64,000 nt of DNA, from positions 704,001 through 768,000 of the forward strand of contig CAVZVA010000003.1 in the NCBI GenBank assembly GCA_963778655.1, in the 5' to 3' direction. The notes under the pieces were generated by a model that had not been told where the DNA came from, did not search any database, and worked only from the letters and a program-made list of their open reading frames with translations. Shown in pieces: positions 19,808 to 28,205 of the stretch. Each line of letters starts with the position of its first letter. Within the stretch, counting starts at the first letter, position 1. The translations under genes were made by a program, and so were the position numbers. The DNA is from an uncultured delta proteobacterium. GTDB lineage: Bacteria; Myxococcota_A; Polyangia; Polyangiales; JAFGIB01.

Positions 19808-20956
19808 CTAAGGCCCGTCCGGCCCGTTCCCTTCGTGCCCTGGTTTCTTCTTGCCAGGCCGCGAACGCAGCCGTGCGCGCCGCCGCGCGAACGGCGCGAT
19901 CAGCGCAAACACGAACAGCCCACAGAAACGCGCGCCGCCGCGCGTCCCGCCGCCCGCGTGCACCACACTGCAACCCGGATCCTGCGCTTGTCGGCGGGAC
20001 TCAACATCGAGCGAGTACTGCGACATGGTCGTGGTGCCGCCAGTGCCTGCGCTTACGCCGCCAGTTCCGACCTGCATCTGACTCGCCGGCAGCGGCGCCG
20101 GTGGCGCCGCCGGTGCCGCTGCGGGCATGGCAGGCGCAACGGGCACGACCGGCGGAAACGGTGGCGCTGCAGCGCCGGCCTGTGGCAGTGGCGCCATCGG
20201 CGGCGCGAGCATGCCACCGCTTCCTGACACTGCACCCACCCCGCCCGTACCCGCACCGGGCTCTCCGCCCGCGCCTACGCTGGCAGCGCTGGCGCCGGCG
20301 GCGCCCGCACCGCCCGTGCCGGTGGGCATCACGCTCCCGGGGTTAGAACCATCGTTGGCGACCACGTGCAAGAAGCACTTGGCGCAACTCTGCATGTAGC
20401 TCCTGCGCCCGGCGGAGTTCTGCTCGACCGCGGTCAAGCGGCCGCCGGCGTCGATGGTATCGACCACGTTGACGTGGCCGGTGCTTGGCGATGCTCCGCA
20501 CGAGCCCGGCGCAAGCACCATCACATCGCCATGCACGCCCGTGGTGGTCTGCACGACCCCGCTGGTCGCAGGCGGCTGCGAATCGCACCATTGTCCGGCG
20601 TTGCCTCTCGGTATCCAGTCGATCTGCCACTTGAAATATAGATAGCGGTGCGCGAGCTCGGTGCACTGATATCCGCCGCTGTACTGTGTCTTGATCCAAT
20701 CCGGGCCCATCGCCGTCAAGCTGGTATCGACACCGTTGTTCGAATAGATCGCGCTGCCCGCCGCCGCACTGCACTGCGCGTAGGCGGGAATGCCGTCGAC
20801 GTTGCGGTCGGAGGGCACGGTCTCGTTGCACGCGCTGAGCGCGGCAGCGGTCACTGAAACGTTCTCGCCGTCGTTGCCCAGGTCCGCGCAGCCGCCGAGC
20901 AAGAGGCCAGCCAGCATGCAATCCAGCCACCGGACGGGTCTCGACATTGTCGACAT
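19808..20956 (-). CDS. CHAP-domain lipoprotein (putative peptidoglycan amidase/peptidase) with MYXO-CTERM-like tail
   Basis: Lipobox LGGC; catalytic 'YQCTELAHRY', 'GNAGQW', 'GHVNVV', 'VEQN'; tail PGCSV...hydrophobic...RRRAR. Confidence 0.8.
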   Translation of the reverse strand: MSTMSRPVRWLDCMLAGLLLGGCADLGNDGENVSVTAAALSACNETVPSDRNVDGIPAYAQCSAAAGSAIYSNNGVDTSLTAMGPDWIKTQYSGGYQCTELAHRYLYFKWQIDWIPRGNAGQWCDSQPPATSGVVQTTTGVHGDVMVLAPGSCGASPSTGHVNVVDTIDAGGRLTAVEQNSAGRRSYMQSCAKCFLHVVANDGSNPGSVMPTGTGGAGAAGASAASVGAGGEPGAGTGGVGAVSGSGGMLAPPMAPLPQAGAAAPPFPPVVPVAPAMPAAAPAAPPAPLPASQMQVGTGGVSAGTGGTTTMSQYSLDVESRRQAQDPGCSVVHAGGGTRGGARFCGLFVFALIAPFARRRARLRSRPGKKKPGHEGNGPDGP

Positions 20957-21364
20957 TGCGGGCCCTCCTATATAGAAGTCGCGAATCTACGCGACTCTGC
21001 TTCGCAAGCGGCGTTCCAGTCCAGATGTCCATATCGACAGCATTACCAATCGGGGGCAGGTCGGAAGGCTGCCGATGTCGAGACGGTTGGGTCGTAACGC
21101 GTCGATGACCGAAAACCCGGCCACTGCGCCGGCTCGCCGGTGGCACGAGCAGCGCATCGTCACGGCTTCGCGATCGATCAATCTGGCCCCCGGATCGTCG
21201 ACAGGAGCGCCTTAGGCGGCGCCGACGGCTCAGACAGGCCGGCCGGGCAGGCGGCTAACCACGGTGGGTGCCGGTGTCGATTCGGACATCGGAAGCCAGC
21301 GTCCGAGACTGCACCGGGCCCACACCCTTCCGGGAGCCCGCGGTCCGCGGTATGAACCACGGAC

Positions 21365-22354
21365 GTGAACACCAAGCTCTTGATCGACGCGATCGTGCAT
21401 CAGACCACGATTCTGATCGCGCAGTTGTCCACGGCTGCCGGCATCCGGGCCCCTCTCGCGCACGTGGCCGATCAAGTCTTCTTGGAGCTCTCCCGCGAAA
21501 TCGAGGCGCAGGGCGTCTCGCGCAAGGTCGCCGCTGACATGTTCGGGCTCGCGATCCGCACCTATCAGAAGAAGGTGCAGCGCGTGACCGCGGGCGTCAC
21601 CGCGCATGACCACACGCTTTGGCAAGCCGTCCTCGAACACTTGTCGGCATGTGGCAGCACGTCGCGGCGCGAGTTGCTCGCACACTTCCATCGCGACGAT
21701 CCGGTGGTCGTGGCTTCGGTGTTGAACGACCTGGTTTCAAGCGGAGTCGTCTACAAGACCGGCTCCGGCGACACAACCGTGTTCGGCATCACCCAGGAAC
21801 GCGACCTCGCGCGCAGCTTGCGCGAGCAGCGGCGCGAATCGCTCGCGCCGATCTTGTGGATCGTGATCTACCGGGCCGGTACGGTGACGCGTGCGGCGTT
21901 GCGCGAACAGTTGTCGATCGAAGACGACGCGCTCGGCGACGCGCTTGCGATGCTGGAACGCGCGGGTCAGGTGCAGCGTAGCGGCGAGGGCGACGTTGCC
22001 AGCTATCGCGCCGAAACCTTCCTCGTGCCGCTCGAATCCGAGGTCGGTTGGGAGGCCGCTGTGTTCGATCATTTCCAGACCGTGGTGCGCGCGATCGGCA
22101 CCAAGCTGCGTCGGGGCGCGCCGCGCTCGACCGCCGACGATACGCTTGGCGGCGCCACACTCAGCTTTGACATTCATCCCGAACATCCGCATCGCGACGA
22201 AGTGCTCGGCTTGCTCAGGCATGTGCGCGGAATCGCCAACGAGCTCTGGGGTCGCGTGCAGCGCTACAACGAAGCGTATCCCGTGCCGGAGCAGAACCGG
22301 TTTGAGGTCTCGTTCTACTTCGGCCAGTGCGTGACACGCGACGACGAGGATTGA
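21365..22354 (+). CDS. Uncharacterised multi-HTH putative regulator (paralog 1)
   Basis: HTH 'SRKVAADMFGLAIRTYQKK' plus two wHTH-like segments; clear paralog of 27210-28205. Confidence 0.75.
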   Translation: MNTKLLIDAIVHQTTILIAQLSTAAGIRAPLAHVADQVFLELSREIEAQGVSRKVAADMFGLAIRTYQKKVQRVTAGVTAHDHTLWQAVLEHLSACGSTSRRELLAHFHRDDPVVVASVLNDLVSSGVVYKTGSGDTTVFGITQERDLARSLREQRRESLAPILWIVIYRAGTVTRAALREQLSIEDDALGDALAMLERAGQVQRSGEGDVASYRAETFLVPLESEVGWEAAVFDHFQTVVRAIGTKLRRGAPRSTADDTLGGATLSFDIHPEHPHRDEVLGLLRHVRGIANELWGRVQRYNEAYPVPEQNRFEVSFYFGQCVTRDDED

Positions 22355-22355
22355 T

Positions 22356-23159
22356 ATGACTGGGCGCATGACGAAGTTTCTGCGCGCGGGGTTCGTGCTG
22401 GCCTTGACGCTGTCGGCATGCGGCGATCCGCCCCGAACCACGCCGCTGGTCGGCACCAACTCGAACTGGCTGCGCGAATGCGCGAACGACGGCGAGTGCG
22501 ACGATTCAGCCATGTGCCAGTGCAGAGTGTGCACGGCCGACTGTAGTACCGACGAGGACTGCGTGGCCCTGCCCGGCGCGCACTGCGCCCCAGCAGGCAA
22601 CATGGCTGCGATTGCGATCTGCGGCGGGGGCACGGACGGCCTGTGTTTGCCGAGCTGCGCGCCCGGTAGTTGCGGTCAAGACCAAGCATGCGTTGCGCAG
22701 TCGTGTGTGCCCGAGCACTTGCCGGATGTCGCGTTCTGCGCGCAGGCGGGGCACGCGGCGCAGGCGGATCGCACGCATGAGGATGAGCTGTTCGCTATGC
22801 TGCTGAACACGCGAGAGAGCGGCATTTCCGGCTGCGGATCCGCGACCGCCCCGGCGCTGCGCTTCGACGCGCGGCTGGTGTGCGCGGCGCGCGTGCTCGC
22901 GGCGGACATGGCGAAGACGCACGCCCAGAGCTTGACGGATTCGCAAGGCCGCACGACCCAGCAGCGCTTCAACGCAGCAGGCTACGCCGCAACGGTCTGG
23001 GGCGAAAGCTTCGCGATCGATGCGCCGTCGACGGCGCGCGCGGTCGAATTGATGCTCGCCGATGCGTCCATCTGCAAGACGCTCGGCTCGGCCCGGAATC
23101 AGGACATGGGCGTGGGCGTCTCTGGAAACGTGTACGTCGCGGCGTACGGCAGCGAATAG
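22356..23159 (+). CDS. Cys-rich lipoprotein with C-terminal CAP/SCP-like domain
   Basis: Lipobox LSAC; 'SNWLREC' Cys module; 'LNTRESG...PALRFDARLVCAARVLAADM...QRFNAAGY...GES...MGVGV'. Confidence 0.75.
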   Translation: MTGRMTKFLRAGFVLALTLSACGDPPRTTPLVGTNSNWLRECANDGECDDSAMCQCRVCTADCSTDEDCVALPGAHCAPAGNMAAIAICGGGTDGLCLPSCAPGSCGQDQACVAQSCVPEHLPDVAFCAQAGHAAQADRTHEDELFAMLLNTRESGISGCGSATAPALRFDARLVCAARVLAADMAKTHAQSLTDSQGRTTQQRFNAAGYAATVWGESFAIDAPSTARAVELMLADASICKTLGSARNQDMGVGVSGNVYVAAYGSE

Positions 23160-23160
23160 G

Positions 23161-23400
23161 CTTGTCGGGGTCCGCATGCTTGCTCCAGAAGTAGGCGCGG
23201 ACGATATCCAGCGCGTGGCGGCCACCGCCGCCCAGCTCGGGAGCCGCGAGAACGTCGTATCGGCCAGGCGGGCGAGGATACGGTTGGCGTAGGCGTGAGT
23301 GACCGGCAGCACCTCCAGAACATCGGTCACAGACACAGCCGGTTTGCCGGCCGACACGAAGGCGTCGACGAGCCCCGCTCCTGGCTGCTCAAGCCGCCTA
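23161..23400 (-). pseudogene. Internally deleted remnant of an AbiEi-type (type IV TA) antitoxin
   Basis: N-terminal wHTH piece 'LVDAFVSAGKPAVSVTDVLEVLPVTHAYANRILARLA' joined out of frame to C-terminal piece 'DVLAAPELGGGGRHALDIVRAYFWSKHADPDK'. Confidence 0.6.
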
Positions 23401-23411
23401 CGACGCGTGAG

Positions 23412-23535
23412 CCGGTCGTATCTCACGACAACTGAGAGGAAGCGCGCAACGGCGCGGTGGGTTCAGGCGCCTCCGACGTCGTGCTCGCGAGCGGCACGGA
23501 ATCGACGAGCAACGCGCCGATCTAGACTCCGTGCA
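23412..23535 (+). repeat. 124-bp repeat, copy 1 (copy 2 at 29361-29484)
   Basis: 5 mismatches in 124 bp by manual alignment; encodes a thiolase-like peptide. Confidence 0.92.
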
Positions 23536-23662
23536 TCCTCGACACGAACCTGACCGGCAGCTGGAACATGTGTCAGGTCGCGGCACAGAAGTGGATGCTC
23601 GAACACGGCGGCAAGATCGTCGGCATCGTCGCGAACATGTGGCGAGGTTTCCCTGGCATGGT
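23536..23662 (+). repeat. 127-bp identical copy of an internal SDR gene segment (29952-30078)
   Basis: No mismatches seen in manual alignment. Confidence 0.95.
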
Positions 23663-23727
23663 TGGCCCTGAAACGCTGGGAGCCGTCGCCGCAGGTGCGG
23701 GTCGACGCGAACGGCGCGGCGCGCCTT

Positions 23728-23765
23728 TAGTTTACATTGACGTAAACTATCTTCCGCAGTAGGCT
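23728..23765 (+). promoter_or_regulatory. Sigma70 promoter with overlapping inverted-repeat operator (probable ArsR site)
   Basis: TTGACG(23737)-N17-TAGGCT(23760); palindrome TAGTTTAC-N6-GTAAACTA (23728-23749) spans the -35. Confidence 0.75.
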
Positions 23766-23785
23766 AGTTGCGGATTGGAGGTGCC

Positions 23786-24265
23786 ATGAAGCCCGTTCCC
23801 GAAGGCTGGCCCAGGATCTCTTCCGCGCTCATCTACGACGACGCCAGGGCGGCGATCGACTGGTTGTGCAAGGTGTTCGGCTTCGAGCTGCGCGTGCTGG
23901 TGGAGACCGGCGATGGCGTGGTGGCGCACAGCGAGCTGGTCATCGGCGAAGGCGTGATCATGATCGCGCAGGCAGGCGCCCGCCCGTACTACAAAAGCCC
24001 GCGCGAGCTCGGCGGCTGCACGCAGTCCTTGATGGTCTACGTCGACGACGTGGACGCGCACTGCGCCAAGGCGCGCGCCGCGGGCGCCCTGATCGACAGT
24101 GAGCCGCGGGTCAGCGACTACGGCGTCGACTACTGGTCGGACCGCAGCTACGGCGTGGTCGACTGCGGCGGCCACCACTGGTGGTTCACGCAGCGCTTAC
24201 AGACCGGCAACCCGAGCTGGAGCAAGGTCCGCAACAAGGTCGATCGCAGCCATCACGAGTCGTGA
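23786..24265 (+). CDS. VOC/glyoxalase family protein
   Basis: RBS GGAGG; 'LIYDDARAAIDWLCKVFGF', 'HSELVIG', 'VYVDDVDAHCAKARAAGA', 'DCGGHHWWF'. Confidence 0.9.
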   Translation: MKPVPEGWPRISSALIYDDARAAIDWLCKVFGFELRVLVETGDGVVAHSELVIGEGVIMIAQAGARPYYKSPRELGGCTQSLMVYVDDVDAHCAKARAAGALIDSEPRVSDYGVDYWSDRSYGVVDCGGHHWWFTQRLQTGNPSWSKVRNKVDRSHHES

Positions 24266-24267
24266 CG

Positions 24268-24621
24268 ATGGCGGCGAGCACGGTCGACAAGACGCTGCTG
24301 GCGTTGGCCGATCCGACGCGCCGCGGCGTCATCGAGTTGCTTCGTAGCGGACCGCGCCGCGCGGGCGAGCTGGCGAGCGCACTGCACATGGCCAAGCCTG
24401 CGATGACCCGGCATCTGCGGCTTTTGCGCCAGAGCGGCCTCGTGCGCGAGGAGTCTCCCGAGCACGACGGCCGCGTGCGCGTGTACCAGCTGCGGCGCGA
24501 GCCCTTCAGCGCGCTGCGCGGCTGGCTCGACGAGGTCGAAGCGTTCTGGGGCTTGCAGCTCGACGGCTTCAAAGAGCATGCGGAGCACACGCGCCGCAAG
24601 CGCCGCCGCAAGGCGTCATGA
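24268..24621 (+). CDS. ArsR/SmtB family transcriptional regulator
   Basis: 'ALADPTRRGVIELL...AGELA...TRHLRLLRQSGLV...RVYQL'. Confidence 0.9.
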   Translation: MAASTVDKTLLALADPTRRGVIELLRSGPRRAGELASALHMAKPAMTRHLRLLRQSGLVREESPEHDGRVRVYQLRREPFSALRGWLDEVEAFWGLQLDGFKEHAEHTRRKRRRKAS

Positions 24622-25859
24622 GCGCCGCCGAGGTCGCGCGCGTGACCACGTTCGTGGCCGTCTCGCCGGACGACGCGTTCGAGGCGTTCACGGACGACAT
24701 CGACGTGTGGTGGCGGCGCGGCCCGCGCTTTCGCAACGGCGGCGGCCGGAGCGAGCTGTCCTTCGAGCGCGACGCGGAGGGGCGCGGGCAGCGGCTGGTC
24801 GAACGGCTCGCGCATCGCGTGCTCGAAATCGGACGCGTGCTGGCGTGGCAGCCGGGACAGCGGCTCGTGTTCGAGTGGCGGCAGATCAACTTCGCGCCGG
24901 ACGAGGTGACGGAGGTCGAGGTGCGCTTCGAACCGATGGGCGACGGCACCAGGGTCACGCTCGAGCACCGCGGCTGGGACGCGATCGGCGACGATCATCC
25001 CGCGCGGCACGGGCTGCGCGAGCGCGCGTTCGGCGCGATGGTCGGTAAGTACTGGGGTGACCTTCTCAGCGTGTACCGGCAGTACGTCGCGCGCCGAGCG
25101 CCAGGGCCTTGCGGCCAGGCTCGTGATCGAAGCTGGAGTGCAGGGCACGCCCCGTTCCTGTGCGTCAGCGAGGGCTACGAGTCTCGGGCGAATTGGCTAT
25201 TCAGCCGGCGCGGCGGCGCAATCGAACAACCAGGGACCGTCGTCTGTAGCGAGCACGGCCCGACCTCGACTCAGCGGAGTCACAATGTCCACGCGGTGGT
25301 GGTCGAGCTCGAGGGCTTGCCAGCGATCGCCTTCGAAATGCCAAACGGCTTCGGGTGCGGATACCCACACGTTGTCGGGGCCAGTGCCAGCAACGGACGT
25401 CAAGCGCCGACCGTCCAGATCATGCACGGGTGCAAAGTCGCCGTCTCCCGAGTACGTCACCAAGCCCGACGCTTTGGGGACCACGTAGACCAGATCCACA
25501 TCGGCGGCGTAGAGGCTGACGATGGGCTGTCCGATGTCGTGTCGCGTCCACCGTCCACCAGCGTGCACGGCCATGCGCCCGGTGTCGGTCGCGAGCCAGA
25601 GTTGGTCTCCGGCTGCGGACAGCATGGTCTGCGCAGCTTCGCCGAGGTCGGGACTTTCGTCCGCCCAATTTGTCCCCGGTGCGGACCAGCACGACCACGC
25701 CTCCCTTGGCCTGACCCATGCCAGCGCCCGCAATACCCGAGATCCAGAGCTCGGCCGACGTCCCGAGCACCATGTCGTCGATGTGTAAGTTCGCACGCTC
25801 TGCAAGCGCCACGCCCTGAAGCCCGGCTCCGTCCCAGTGAAACAACTTGGCGGTTGTAG
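24618..25859 (+). CDS. SRPBCC/AHSA1 domain protein. The domain ends near 25095; the rest is probably spurious read-through after loss of the native stop.
   Basis: 'AFEAFTDDIDVWW', 'GRVLAWQPGQRLVFEW', 'TEVEVRFEP..DGTRVTLEHRGW'; the tail is antisense to another gene remnant. Confidence 0.75.
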   Translation: MSAAEVARVTTFVAVSPDDAFEAFTDDIDVWWRRGPRFRNGGGRSELSFERDAEGRGQRLVERLAHRVLEIGRVLAWQPGQRLVFEWRQINFAPDEVTEVEVRFEPMGDGTRVTLEHRGWDAIGDDHPARHGLRERAFGAMVGKYWGDLLSVYRQYVARRAPGPCGQARDRSWSAGHAPFLCVSEGYESRANWLFSRRGGAIEQPGTVVCSEHGPTSTQRSHNVHAVVVELEGLPAIAFEMPNGFGCGYPHVVGASASNGRQAPTVQIMHGCKVAVSRVRHQARRFGDHVDQIHIGGVEADDGLSDVVSRPPSTSVHGHAPGVGREPELVSGCGQHGLRSFAEVGTFVRPICPRCGPARPRLPWPDPCQRPQYPRSRARPTSRAPCRRCVSSHALQAPRPEARLRPSETTWRL

Positions 25860-26000
25860 ACGCAGCCTCGTTCGCCGCCAGCCAGATGTCGTGATCCGAG
25901 CTGGCAGCCACACCTGGCACCTTCGAGCGGCGCTTCGCGGATGGAAGGAACGGGAGAACCCAGCCGAGCTTCGTCGGGCTGTGCTCGACCTCCTGCTGCA
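25197..26000 (-). pseudogene. Frameshifted, 5'-truncated beta-propeller-like secreted protein remnant
   Basis: Repeats 'SDHDIWLA..LFHWDG' and 'GPDNVWVS..VWHFEGDRW' lie in two frames that switch at a G4 run near 25675. Confidence 0.55.
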
Positions 26001-26137
26001 GCTGGAGCGTTGAGCCTGGCTCGCGGCCCTGCGCCGAAATGCGCCTTTCCGCGCACCCGGGCTTGCGCTCGGAGGGTCGCCGGTCGCCTCGGTGCGTGCC
26101 CCGCCTACCAGCTTGCACCAGATCGTTGTGCCTGTAC

Positions 26138-26590
26138 ATGATGGCGGGGGAGGCCGTTCTGACCACGGACATTTACCGCGGACGCGACCCGCGACTCGTG
26201 CCGATCTACTCGGTGGCTGACGTCGCCCATCACTTGAGGGTCCCGCGGTCCACGGTGCAGGCGTGGGTCAAGAGCCGCGAAGGTCCGGCTCCCGCGCTTG
26301 GTCCGATCATCGAGCGCTACCTCGAGCGCATCGAACGCGATGAAGAGGGCCTGCTGCGGCGCCTTTTCCCGTTTGTCGACAGCAATGACACGCGCCGAAT
26401 CGTTGCGATTGACCCACGCCGCAAGTTCGGGCGCCCATACCTTGTGGACGCTGGTGTCGAGACTTCGGTGATTGCGGGCCGTCGTCGCGCCGGCGAAAGC
26501 ATCGCGACGCTCGCAGCCGACTTCGACACCACGAAGGATTGCATCGAGGGGGCTCTCCGTTTCGAAAACGCGCTCCAAAAGGCAGCTTGA
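26138..26590 (+). CDS. DUF433/HTH antitoxin (VapB45-like), apparently with the central region deleted
   Basis: 'PIYSVADVAHHLRVPRSTVQAW' HTH joined almost directly to 'YLERIERD...IDPRRKFGRP...AGESIATLAADF...IEGALRFE'. Confidence 0.75.
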   Translation: MMAGEAVLTTDIYRGRDPRLVPIYSVADVAHHLRVPRSTVQAWVKSREGPAPALGPIIERYLERIERDEEGLLRRLFPFVDSNDTRRIVAIDPRRKFGRPYLVDAGVETSVIAGRRRAGESIATLAADFDTTKDCIEGALRFENALQKAA

Positions 26591-27030
26591 GCCGGTCGCG
26601 ATCCACTACTTCGTCGACCGCTGTTTGGGCTCGCACATCGTCCCTGACGCGCTGCGCGAGGCAGGGATGTCAATTACAACCATGCGGGAGGCCGCCTATG
26701 CGCCGGATACCAAGGACGCCACCTGGATCCCAGAGGTGGCCGCGCGCGGCTGGGTCATCCTGACCAAGGACAAGACGATTCGCCGGGACAGTCTCGAGCT
26801 GGGCGCCGTCCTGGCCGCGCGCGCGTTCTACTTCACGCTCGGGGGCCAGAACTACCTAGCCGATGAGATCGGTGGCGATCATCCTGCATCACCGCACGAC
26901 GATGGAGCGATTGGTGATGCACCGCGATCCACCGGTCGTCGCCCAGCTCAACCGCCATGAGCTCCTGCTGCGCGGTGACGACGGGAAGCTCCGGGTGATC
27001 AAGCGCAAACCCTGGCTCCTAGCATGCGAA
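26587..27030 (+). pseudogene. PIN-like toxin (VapC45-type), frameshifted at ~26870; 3' end approximate
   Basis: TTG overlaps the antitoxin stop; 'YFVDRCLG', 'DATWIPEVAARGWVILTKDKTIRR'; an extra C in GAGATCGGTG shifts the frame. Confidence 0.75.
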
Positions 27031-27209
27031 GCTGCCCGATCGGACGTCGCGAATCTGCGATCGGCGTCGATCGCGAATCGCGCAATCGCAATCCCGCGGA
27101 GGTCGGCGCGGCGCTTTGTCCTACCGGAGGAGCACGAGGCTCGCGCTGTCGCGTCCCATGCCGAAATTTTCACTATTCGCCGGCCCGCCCTCGGTCGTAC
27201 TCCTAGTCC

Positions 27210-28205
27210 ATGGGATCTACGTTCTTGATCGATGCGATAGTGCGCCAGACGACGGTGCTGATCGCAGCGCTTGCAACGGCGGCCGGTCACCGCGCGCCGC
27301 TCGCGGGCGTGGCCAACCAGGTGTTCGCCGACCTGGTCAAGGAGCTCAAGCAGCAGGGTCTCGGCAACAAGGTGATCGCAGACATGTTTGGGCTCGCGCT
27401 GCGCACCTATCACAACAAGGTCGCGCGCACTTCGGAGAGCCGCTCGGAGCGCGGGCGCTCGCTGTGGGAGGCGGTGCTCGGCTATGTCCAGGAGCACGGC
27501 ACCCTGTCGCGCACGCAGGTGCTCGAGCGCTTCGCGCGCGACGACGAGGCCGTGGTCCGCGGCGTGCTCAAGGATCTGGTACGCAGCGGCTTGTTGTTTC
27601 AGAGCGGCGCCAGCGATCACATGGGCTACCGCGCTGCCGGTGCGAGCGAGATCGTCAGCGCGCCCGACCAGGACACCGCGCTCGCCAACTTGTTGCTGGT
27701 CGCGATCCATCGCCACGGCCCGGTCGATCGCGACGGGCTGCTCGAGCTCGTGCCCATGGACGAGCCGACCCTCGCGCGTGCGCTTGCCCCGCTGGTGCAG
27801 AGCGGCCGGATCGAGCTCAGCGGCAGCGGTGCGCAGGCGCACTACACCTGCGAGGGCTACGTGATCGCGTTCCACGATCCGGCCGGGTGGGAAGCCGCGG
27901 TCTACGACCACTACCAGGCGATGGTGACTGCGCTCTGCGCCAAGCTCGAGCGCGGGCTCTCGCACGCCGAGCCCGACGAGGCGATCGGCGGCAGCACGTA
28001 TTCATTCGACTTGTGGGAGGGCCACCCGCTCGCACGCGAGGCGCGCGGGCTGCTGCCCGCGCTACGCAGGCAGGCGCAGAGCTTGCGCGCGCGCGTCGAG
28101 GCTTACAACGCGCGCCACCCCGCACCCGCGGACGCGGCGACGCTGCGCGTGGTGGCCTACGTGGGACAGACCGTGATCGGCGAGGAAAGCAACGAACATG
28201 CATGA
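27210..28205 (+). CDS. Uncharacterised multi-HTH putative regulator (paralog 2)
   Basis: Shares LIDAIVxQTTxLIA, ADMFGLAxRTY, GWEAAVxDH, GGxTxSFD and YxGQ with 21365-22354. Confidence 0.75.
   Translation: MGSTFLIDAIVRQTTVLIAALATAAGHRAPLAGVANQVFADLVKELKQQGLGNKVIADMFGLALRTYHNKVARTSESRSERGRSLWEAVLGYVQEHGTLSRTQVLERFARDDEAVVRGVLKDLVRSGLLFQSGASDHMGYRAAGASEIVSAPDQDTALANLLLVAIHRHGPVDRDGLLELVPMDEPTLARALAPLVQSGRIELSGSGAQAHYTCEGYVIAFHDPAGWEAAVYDHYQAMVTALCAKLERGLSHAEPDEAIGGSTYSFDLWEGHPLAREARGLLPALRRQAQSLRARVEAYNARHPAPADAATLRVVAYVGQTVIGEESNEHA

Noticed and set aside
21141..21157. Sigma54 promoter TGGCACGAGCAGCGCAT upstream of cassette 1
   Set aside because: Spacing fits, but the -12 lacks TT, it is ~210 bp from the start, and cassette 2 has no equivalent.
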